Assembly: GCA_043228905.1 (NCBI GenBank)
Contig: JBHGNT010000009.1
Coordinates: forward strand, 7,564,001 to 7,628,000
Source of the DNA: Azolla caroliniana
Taxonomy: Eukaryota; Plantae; Polypodiophyta
Direction: 5' to 3'
DNA length: 64,000 nt
Shown: in pieces, positions 50,495-60,612 of the stretch
How positions within the stretch are numbered: position 1 is the stretch's first letter
Layout: each line of letters opens with the position of its first letter
The notes under the pieces: model-generated
What the model was told of the DNA's origin: nothing
What the model saw: only the letters and a program-made list of their open reading frames with translations
Databases searched by the model: none
Position numbers and translations under genes: made by a program

Positions 50495-52600
50495 GTGGAC
50501 TCGAAGGTTTGTTGACAGGGAGAGTGGGGGGAAGCGATGAGACGAGGGCGAGACAAAGAGATGGAAGAAGATTGTTGAGGAGGAAACCATTGTTCTGTGC
50601 AAGGGCTATGAGGGCGAGAGAAGGCCTGTTTGTGGGAGCGATGAGAACGAGAGAGAGCTTGGGAGCTTGAAGGCTGTGAAGGCAAGAAAGCTTCTATGTG
50701 AGTGGGCGAGTTGTGTGTGGGGTAGTTTCTTTTATGTGACCACCTAGGGTTTTGTGCAAGGAGAATATCCTTTAGATTCTTAGTTGTGGCTGCCATAATA
50801 AGGTATTATGGCCACACGTCACAGGAGTGCTATGCCTTGTGAGGTGTGCATGTTCCTTAAATATTCTACTTTAATGTGAAGGTGACTGACTACTTTGTGC
50901 GCCTAAGAAAATGTCGTGATTTGGGGTGATTTGTTAGGTAGTTTAGGTAAGGCTAATTTAAATGCTAAAACTATTCCTAATATATAATTTTGGTGGGTAG
51001 GTCAGTATTTTACCGATGGGGGCACGTGGCCTCCTTCGTGGTGTTGTCCGTGAACTAGTCTGTGTCGTGAGACTCAGCGAAGGGATTATCAGGGGTATTT
51101 TCTTGGTAAGGTCGAAGTCGGAATCCATTTACCCAGCTTTTAACGATGTCTCCCGCAAGTGTGTTGAGTTGGAATGTGCTGCTAAACTCGTCACTTATCC
51201 AGAAGGGGCCTGTCCATCGGAATCGTAATTTCCCCGGCATAGCACCGAGTCGTGTTTGGAAGACCAGTACCGGTTTGCCGATGGTAAGTGCTTTCTCCGT
51301 ACCTTTCCGGTGACGATCGACGAAGGTTTTGCATTGTCGTTGGCGTTGTTCCAGTTGAGCCATGCTGGCCACTCGATGTTCGCCAAGTTCAAGGAGTTGT
51401 TCGAGCCGATTGCTCTGATTGGGCCTCGGGTAGCCTTTCCTTAACCTGAACTCGGAGACTCAGAACTTGGAACTCGATCGGCATGACTGCTTCCAAACCA
51501 AAGGCCATTCGAAAGGGTGTAGATTGAATGCTAGTTTTAAATGTGGTGCGATATGCCCATAATGCACTCTGGAGCTTGTCATCCCAATCAGTGCGGTTCT
51601 CATTGACGATCTTTTTCAAGATTGTTTGCAAAATTTTATTAGTAGTTTCCGCCAATCCGTTTGCCTGAGGATAGTACGGTGTACTTTTCTTATGTACGAC
51701 CGCGTAGTGTGTAGTGAGCTCCTGAATTATGTGGTTTAGAAAATGCCTGCCTTGGTCTCTAATGAGCTCGATTGGGCATCCATATCAGCACCATAGATGT
51801 TCATAAACGAACTTTGCCATGGATGCAATCGTGTTGTCCCATAGTGCCTTAGCCTCGACCCATTTTGTGCAATAGTCCGTGGCCACGATTATATATTTGT
51901 TATTGGTGCGAGCCACGGCTGGTTTGAAAGGTCCCACAAAATCTAACCCCCATTTTTGAAATGGTTCTAACGGGAGAATGGGTTGGTGCGGCATCTGGGC
52001 TTGCTCGGTCGGTTGTCCCATGCGTTGACACAAATCGCACTGTCGACAAAATTCATGAGCATCTTTTTTCGTTGTAGGCCACCATAAGCCACTCTGCCAT
52101 ATTTTTCTTGCCGTGGCCTCTCCAGCGTAATGTCCCCTCGTGATTCCGTGATGTGCCTCCTAGAGGATTGCGTGTTTCTCGAATTGACGGATTGCACGGC
52201 GCCAAATGCCGTCCGAGCCTGTGGTAGAGGTTGTCGGAGACTAGACAAAAGTTTCGGCTCCGAATAGCTAGTCGTTTCTGAGCGTCTAGGGTCAGGTGGA
52301 AGGCCGGTGCTGAGGAAATGGGTCATCTCTGTGATCCATTCATCTTCATTTTCGTCTGGCACCGTTGCGAGACTAAAAAGGGCAGCATCAGGTAGATCAT
52401 CGTACGTGGACTCGGCTGGTTCTCCTGACTCGAGGTGGCTCAGGTAGTTAGCTACAGCGTGTTGGACTCCGGGCCGGTGCTGGATCTGAAAATCAAACTC
52501 TTGTAGCAGGAGCATCCATCGGGCCAAGCGACCTGTGAGGGCCTGTTTATTAACCAAGTAGAGGAGAGCCGAGTGGTCGACGAGGAATGTGAATTTCCGA

Positions 52601-53596
52601 TGTTGTCGGTGTCTCCAAAGCAGGCTTTGAACTCACTAATAAAATCTTCAAAGTTATTAAGCAAGGGCGATTGTTTTTCTAGAAGCGGAGCGAACCATGC
52701 TAAGGCTGAGCCGCTAAGCAACGTGCCTATTAAGCCGACTCGGGATGCATCAGTGGGGTATCGGGAAGGATGCATTTGGAGGACTAATCGTACATGATTA
52801 AGGAATCCCCTGAATTGCGATCGCGTTCCATCAAATTTCACAGGAAGTCCAATCTTCGGCTCTTTATGAAATCCTTGGGGACTTGATCCTTGTTGTTGTA
52901 ATGCCGCTTCAAGTTGTTTCACCCGTAACGCTAACTCCCCATGTTGTTGTTGCGTTTGTTGCTTTTCTAGAGCGATTTGTTGCAGATCCCCTATCAGCCG
53001 TTGGTTTTCTTGTTCCAGGGCAACAAACTTTTCTTTTAGGCACTGTAACTCAGAGAAAACGGATTGATATTCTTGGGCGCTAACAGTAGCCATAGTAGGG
53101 GGAAAAGGATAGGAGGATGAGGGAGAACGACAAGTAGGCTGGAGGAAAGAGGGAGGAAATTGGTTCAAACTGTCAGGAATAGTACTAAAGCAGAGATGGA
53201 ATTAGTACTAAGAAGAGTAGTACTATTAGTACTAAGAGGACAGGACTGCGTAAGATTCCCGAGAGAGAGGAAGTGAGAAGAGGAGAGAGAGAGAAATAGG
53301 ATGATGACAGCAACTCTTATATTATATGAAAGATAAGTACAAATCGACTAAGAGGCTTAAGACTGGTGTTGAACCAATTTGGTTCAAAACAATGCCTTGT
53401 GCCTCCTTTTATAGTGTTTTTAGGAATAATCCTGAAACTTCTAGAATGTTCCAGAGAGATCTGGAATATACATCAATTTTCTATGATAAAGCATAAATGA
53501 AAATAATATCTTATAAAATACAATTCATAGTCTAATGGTAAGAGCTCGACCCATGTAACGTAAGGTCATGGGTTCGAGTCTTGCCATATCATGACA
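52601..53596 (-). mobile_element. Tcn1-like chromovirus 5' part (5' LTR 53171-53596; gag from 53093)
   Basis: The LTR is a near-identical reverse complement of 41665-42090. EPKIGLPVKFDGTRSQFRGF gag. Outer flank gctgg is the reverse complement of ccagc. Confidence 0.93.
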
Positions 53597-54723
53597 GCTG
53601 GAATCTAATTGTAAGCTTTGGATAGTTGACAACAAGCCCATATGTGATTTGGATTGGGAGCCACTAGAGGTGTGGTGGTAGAAACCGGGAACAGGCAAAC
53701 TGGAACGGTTTTTCAAGTACACTACTAAGCTAGGAAGGAAAATCATTGGCTCCAAATCCATGGGTGTTGCTCTAACTCGCAATAGTTTGAAGGATAAAGG
53801 CATTTCTGATGACTTGTTGAAGTCGTTTTGGAGGAGACTATGGGTGTTCGATATGCCAGAAAAAATAAAGCTTTGGTTGTGTCAGCTTAGTCATAAAGCG
53901 ATATCAGTGGGGGAGTGGCTCAGGTGTCGTGGTGGTGACGTTGGTTGCAAGATATGTGGACACCCTTTGGAATCAATTCCTCACTGTTTTTGGAATTGTG
54001 GAGAGGCTATTAACATTTGGGGTAGAAGTCTCAGGATAGTTACGGCATGTGGCGTGAATGGGAGAGTGGTATGGGGATCCGTATAGGGGTTGAAGTTAAC
54101 ATGGGAAGGTTGGGTTGAACAATTAAACCCCACGGTCATGGATTTATAGTGCAGGGTGGCAAGGTGTTTCAACGTGCTGGAGTTCGACTTGGCACTAACT
54201 CAAAAAAATTTGAAGAGATATGGATGATGGTGGCTTGTTTATCTATCTGGCACATTTGGACCAAGCGTTGTAAGTTTGTTTTTCAACAGCAAAAGATCCC
54301 TAGTGGTGAGGTGTTGTTAAATATCTGGTTCGAGCTAGTATCTTGGTTGCGGGGACGATACGACTCGATTCAGGGGGGATCTAATGCAGGTGAAAGAGCT
54401 CAGTCAAAGTTCCAACTGAAATGGGGTAGTTCTCCTATGGTGGGCAGATCATCATTAGGGCCTGAATGGAACTACCAAGCACCTCGATGGTTGTTTACCC
54501 CAATGGCTTCCATCAATGACCAGGTGTTGTAACTATGTATAGATATGGTACAAATTACTAGGTTATAGGAGTTGTTTGGATACTTTTGTTGAAAATGAGG
54601 TGGGGACTATGTCCACTTTGGTAGAAGGCTAGAGTGAGGGTGGTTGTATTTTTGGTGGTCTATGATGTAATTGTTTGCTAACTAATGCGAAGTAGTGTTT
54701 TTTTGGAATATATATATATATAT
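53597..54723 (+). mobile_element. LINE (L1-like) 3' fragment with a zf-RVT domain and (TA)n tail
   Basis: FWRRLW...PEKIKLWL...CKICGHPLESIPHCFWNC, WHIWTKRCKFVF; (ta)n at ~54708-54723. Confidence 0.85.
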
Positions 54724-55804
54724 TAAGACTACTCAAAATACAATGTCTTTTTTATGTTTATCATTATAGACAACCCATCCTCATCTTTTTACCCCTAATT
54801 AAAAAGTATCATTACTTCTGGTTAAAATTTCGTAAGTTTTATATATGGGCAAGTGTGTTAAATCAACCCCATGCCATTATAGACCTTTCACAATTTCAAA
54901 TTCAAAGCATATCGGTTCATCTACTTTCACCTCAATCTTCTTGGTGTCAACATTCATCCTATTTTTCATGTTACGAGGAATAAAGGTTTTGTAGGTTGTG
55001 GATCAAACTAATGATGAGCAAAGAATAAGAGATGAAGGAGAAGGATGAATTAGCATGGCTCAACCACATTGACCACCCGTGAGCAAAGGACTATAAGGAT
55101 ATGCCTATAACAAGTAGCTCATGAGAAATTATCTTCCCGAGCTCATTTACGATAAAGTATTTAGATACTCAAACTAAGCACGTTGAGATATAAACAAATT
55201 CAAGAACTCAATAATTGTAAAGACAAAAGAACCTCGTGGAGTATGATGCTTTTGGGTTTGAAGCAAGCTCGACAATTTCAACGCATCTAGCTCTTTGGCC
55301 TACAATGATTCCATCTTCAAACATGTGGAATTAGGAGCTTAAACCATTCTCGAGAGTCGGTGGGGCCAAAATCTTAAAGTTCCGTGAGCCTCACACTATG
55401 GAAGGTAGTCAAAAGTCAAACTCCCATCTTGTTAACCTACGAAAGCATGGTAGCAAAATATGTGGTGTACCAAATTAAACTAGTAGGTTCCACGAATGTG
55501 AGTGCAATGTGTAAAAGGAGAGCGAAAACATTTCAAAGACGCAATCGTTATGTGTGTCTATGTCTATTTAGGCGTGCCTTGGTAAGACACGAGTGGAAGC
55601 AGGGAGAAAGATAGTAAATGACACACAAATGCAAAGTCCATTCCGTAAGTTAAGAATCATGAGAATTCCGAATCGGAAATGGCATCTCTTTGTCTCGAAT
55701 TATGATATTCAATCGGGAATGGGCATCTCTTTGTCTCTAATTATCTTACCCTACATAATCCTAGGAGTTTGGATTCGAGACCCAACCTTTCTCATCTCTC
55801 TATT

Positions 55805-56105
55805 CCTCCATCTATATAGGTATGCTCTTACATTATGCAATGTAGGGGTTGAACGCGTGACCTTCTCCATTTGTCTGTTACTCCATCTGTATACATAGAT
55901 ATGCTCTTCCACTATGAAATGTAGGGGTTGAAACTTGAACACATGACCTTTTGTTAGTCCATCTATATAGATATTATGCTCTTCCACTATGGAATGTAGA
56001 GGGTTGAAACTTGAACACATGACCTTTTGTTAGTCCATCTATATAGATATTATGCTCTTCCACTATGGAATGTAGGGGGTTGAAACTTGAACACATGACC
56101 TTTTT
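55805..56105. repeat. 76-bp tandem repeat (3 good copies plus 1 degenerate)
   Basis: tccatct unit starts at 55882, 55958 and 56034. Confidence 0.85.
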
Positions 56106-56269
56106 GGATCTCGATTGGGCAAGGAATGTCAAGGGTCGGAACACATGACCTTGTGGCCTCCATTGGATGGACTTACCACATCTCGACAAACTACTCTCCC
56201 TGTTTCTCTCTTTCTTTCTTTGTGCGTCTAAATGAAAATAGGCCTAGTAAAATGAAAGGAAACATACAT

Positions 56270-56308
<39 letters not shown>

Positions 56309-56515
56309 CTCACACACACACCCCACACTAGTGACTACACCATGAAGCCAAGCCAACCCAAGCATTTCAAATGAATAAATGAGGTCAAAAGAGGTTGAGA
56401 GAGAGAGAGAGAGAGGGTGGAGCCATAATAGCAATCATTATAATCATAGTACCAGCAAGCAATGCTATGGTGGTGGTGTTAGAAGTGATAGACATGTCAC
56501 ATAAGAGAGAGAGAG

Positions 56516-56550
<35 letters not shown>

Positions 56551-56665
56551 TGGGAGAAGAAAGAGAGAAAAATTTGTGGTGGGTTTTTTGCTTTTTTGCT
56601 TTTTTGTTTATGAAGAATTTTAGATACAGGGGAAAGAGAGAGAGGGAGAAGAGGAGAGAAGAATT

Positions 56666-56701
56666 TAAACCCTAAACCCTAAACCCTAAACCCTAAACCC
56701 T
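56666..56701. repeat. Interstitial plant telomeric repeat (TTTAGGG)5 overlapping the GRF stop codon
   Basis: taaaccc x5. Confidence 0.9.
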
Positions 56702-57015
56702 GGCCACTGCTGCTGCTATTATCTGAGTAGCACCCAAAACTGCTGTTCTTGTTAGTAGTAGTGGTGGTGGTGGTGGTGGTAGTATTAGTAGAGGTGGGTG
56801 GGCTGCTGCTGCTGCTACTGCTTCCATCTCCACCACCACCACCATTATTTTCATCTTTACTGCTGCCACTTCCATTGCAGCTTTTCTGATTATGGCTCTT
56901 CTTCCTGTACTCATCATCATCATGCATCTTGCTGTTGTTTGTTTGCAAAACCTCAGCCAGAGGTCCCCCCACCACCACCACATCATCATCATCATCTTCA
57001 TCATCATTATTATTA

Positions 57016-57056
<41 letters not shown>

Positions 57057-60000
57057 GTTGTTTCCTGATCTAGAGCTATGCCACCAATTGTCTCTGCTAG
57101 CTTTAGCCCCACCCATCATATGGACAGCATCACCATCATTCTTAATATGATTCTGATTCTGATTCTGATTATGATCCTGATCCTGATTCTGATTATGGTT
57201 ACGATCCTGATTCTGATCCTGATTATGAATATGAACATGATTATGGTTATGATTATGATCCTCATCCTGATTCTGATTATGATTCTTATGCAATTTATTG
57301 GGGTTCACATCCAAACCTAAACCACCATCATGATGCTCACCATTTCCTCCACATTTAGCCATGCATAGCAAACTTTCAGGGGATTTGATGAACCCTGTGG
57401 AAAGGCCTGTACTACTAGAGGTGGTGAGATTATACAATAATAAGCTTCCCTTGCTTTCTGCTAATTCTTGAGGATGAGGGTGATCTAGCCATGGTACAAA
57501 TAATCGGCCGGACGTTGTGGCCACTACATTCCCCTCTAGATTAGAGGAAGCTGAAGAAGATCTACTGATTATAGAATCACTGTAAGGATTTGTGTTGGTG
57601 TTCATGAATGAAGAGATGAAGTCCATATTGACAGTGGAATTAGTTGGATTGGGTGAGGATCTCAGCACTTCTGCTAGATTAAATGGCCTCAGGATCGAAT
57701 TGGCCGCAGAATTCCCCTTCCTTGTGTCCATTTCATGGGCATTCAAAAGGTTCCTGCCGATTCTTTGATGGCCATCTCCTTCTTCTCTACGTCCTTTCAA
57801 TTCTTCTGCTCTTGTTCCTTCTCCTCCTTCTAATGATAAGAATTCTGATGATGCTCTTGATGAGGAGGAGGAGGAAGAGGAGGAGGATAAGACTGCCCAA
57901 GCTTGATGGTCACTGCTACACCTGCTTAAAAACAGCTCAAAAAGAAGGAAAATATGAATAGATCAATACTTAAAACAATACATGATATGTGAATGGATTG
58001 GATTGGATTGGATGTAAAGTCACAACTAACCAACCTGTTTGGCACATGATTTGTAGTGCCTGGATTAGAAGAAACTCCATTAGAGCTCTGGAGAGAGAAG
58101 TGATGAACTTGTGGATGGATGCCACTCCTGAGTGATGTGTTGTTAGGCATGGGAAGTGCATGCCCACCACCATTGTCTGCAAGCAACGGAGAGGAAGAAA
58201 GAGGTGCAATGGCCATGGATGCTTGAGGATGGGTACTAGGGTTAACACCAAAATTAGGGTTCGGAGCAGCCACATTAGTAGGGGGGTTAATGGAAGCATC
58301 ATTAGGGTTAGGGTTAGAGTTAGGGCTAGGGTTAGGGTTAGGGTTGTTGGAAAGCTTTGAGGCGGAGGCGGCACGGGCTCGGTGACGGCCTCGATGCACG
58401 TGGCGCTCGCAGTACTTCTGGTCGGGCATCACGTCCCTCGCGCACCTCCATTTCTTTCCGTCCGTCCGCCGGCACCTCCCGGGCTCCGGATCCACAGTAC
58501 CCCTCATTAACCCTAGATTGAACCCCCCTAATACTCCTCCTGCACACAATGTAACAGAAATGGAATGGAATGCAGTGAGTGAATCAATCACCCACTACAA
58601 TTTAACACATCTTAAGCACCCCCCCCCCACACACACACACACATACACACACACACTTTTTTAACAGAGAATGGGATGCAATATCACTCACATGGCATGA
58701 TCTGTACCCTATAATCAATCAATCATTGATGCCAGTTACATTTGCTCAAATCCTTTAAGCCACCCATACATATATACATACATACGTACATACATACAAT
58801 GATACATGCATGCATGCATGCATACTTCCATGGATCAAAGGTTCACAGATAATGAGTTTGTGTCACACCTCTACCATGTGTAAAAAAATTTCAAAAAACA
58901 CAATCTAAGATGGATAAATGCAAGCACATCCCATTACCATGCATCAAAGAGATGAGATTTGTTTGATTTATTGTTAAAATTTGAAATTTATGATGATTTG
59001 GCTGCTTCTTTTTCTGAGGGTTTTGAAATGTGTACCTCCAAAGAGATTGAAAGAAGGAGTGGGGGGAGAGGTATGGTTCTGCATCATGGTTGCCAGTGCC
59101 AGAGTGTTGATGATGGGGAGGAGGAGAGCAGCAGGAGGAGCCACACCAGCTGTGAAATGCTTGAAGATATATGTCTGCTGAGTAAACTCAAGCCATTGCT
59201 CACTAGTAAAGAAACTACCTAGATTTTCACACACACCACAGTTCATATGGATCAGCTCCAAATCATAACAACAATGTCTGTAAATTTAGCCCCCAAAAAA
59301 AGAATCCAAAAAAGTAACTTTAGGGTTTTAATTAGCCCCAATTTGTTTTTAATTAGCTCTCAAAATCACAGGTATTATATACACCATCAGCTCTAAAAAA
59401 CAAAGGTCGCATAAATTTTAGGCCAAAACAATCAGATACAAGAAATCATCCTAAAAAAACTCGAGAGTGTAAATTAGCCCTTCAAACAATTAGCTAAAAG
59501 AAACGAATTTTATTTTTAATCAATAGAAGAAGAAGAAGAAGAAGAAAAAAAAGGATGCCCGGTTTTTATAATATCTGAAGAAGAAGAAAAAATAAAGATT
59601 TACCTGTGGCAGCATTATTGTATTCAAAGGACGGATTAATCAGGTGGTTTTTGCTATACTGCCATCCACAACCACCTGGTAGATAGTGTTGACTAGGAAC
59701 AGGGGAGCTCTTAAAAGGGGGGAACCCTAATCCTCCTCCCATATCATTAAAATTACTGCTATGATTATTTTGATTCTGATTATGATTGATTGTATTGTAA
59801 TTAAGGTATATATTATTGCTTGGACTGATCATTTCAGTGTCATGATGATTATGTGCATATGCTAGCTTGAGAAGGTTGGCATTATTCCGATAGAAAGAAT
59901 CATCTTGATTGGCTCCATCAAGAGAGTCCTCTGTTTTAGAGTGAATACCTAAATCTGAAGAAGAAGAAGAGCTATTAGTAGTGGTGGTAGAGGAGCAAGA

Positions 60001-60162
60001 AGATCCACCATAGTTCATACCATGGTTATATGCATTCCTCATGACTCCTCTTCCTTCTCCTCCTCCTCCTCCTCCTCCTATGTTTGCACTATAGCTACAG
60101 CTGCTACAAATGGTTCCACCATCCCTTATGCTTTGAGCTCTTGATTCAATCATAAAATCCAT
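56679..60162 (-). CDS. GRF: Growth-regulating factor (QLQ + WRC transcription factor). Predicted exons 60162-59604, 59218-59036, 58539-58035 and 57921-56679 (~829 aa)
   Basis: QLQ-type [34 protein letters not shown]; [39 protein letters not shown]; C-terminal [12 protein letters not shown] introns keep the frame (phases 1, 1, 2). The start codon is the least certain part. Confidence 0.9.
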
Positions 60163-60163
60163 A

Positions 60164-60212
60164 TGAGAGAGAGAGAGAGAGAGAATGTGAATCAATGGTA
60201 CCTTGTTTGAAA

Positions 60213-60292
<80 letters not shown>

Positions 60293-60310
60293 TGGATGGA
60301 TGGATGGGTG
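60164..60310. repeat. (GA)n/(GT)n microsatellites in the GRF 5' UTR region
   Basis: Long (gt)n at ~60214-60277 flanked by (ga)n; more (ga)n at 60444 and 60580. Confidence 0.9.
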
Positions 60311-60578
60311 TGTAATGTATTATGTAATGTAGTGGAATGGAATGTGATGTGTGCAAAGAGATGAAACCTTTGGTTAGATATGATGACTTTTAGAATCAGA
60401 AAATGATAGAGGATGGAGGAGAAGCTCCCTCCTTGGTGGGTGAGAGAGAGAGAGAGAGAATACAAGAGAAGAAGTAGATGGACTGGTAGTAGTGTAGCTA
60501 CATATGGTACTGAACTAGGGAGTTGATGAGGCTAGAGAGAGAAACCCCAACTAGAAATGACCCCACATACTCATAGAT

Positions 60579-60612
<34 letters not shown>

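Larger units (their letters stand above)
46894..52600 (-). mobile_element. Gypsy family 2, 3' half (RH end, integrase, extra ORF, 3' LTR 46894-47396), inverted
   Basis: RKFTFLVDH continues KFRHYL from 37430. WGLDFVGP integrase. The LTR is followed on the element strand by gcctt, matching 33037-33041. Confidence 0.92.

Noticed and set aside
33042-53596. Inverted LTR pairs suggesting DIRS-like or giant TIR elements
   Set aside because: They are ordinary direct LTRs flipped by the inversion; the TSDs match after re-inversion, and DDE integrases are present.
53521-53596. Functional tRNA gene
   Set aside because: No acceptor stem or proper anticodon stem can be formed; only the promoter boxes are tRNA-like.
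55805-56105. CRISPR-like array
   Set aside because: Eukaryotic context, and whole units repeat without unique spacers.
57393-57403. TTCCACAG match to the miR396 5' end within GRF exon 4
   Set aside because: Only 8 nt, and in the same sense as the miRNA, so it is not a target site; likely chance.
60163-60465. N-terminal extension of GRF exon 1 (SLSL/THTH)
   Set aside because: Translation of (GA)n/(GT)n microsatellites from a non-ATG start; more likely UTR.
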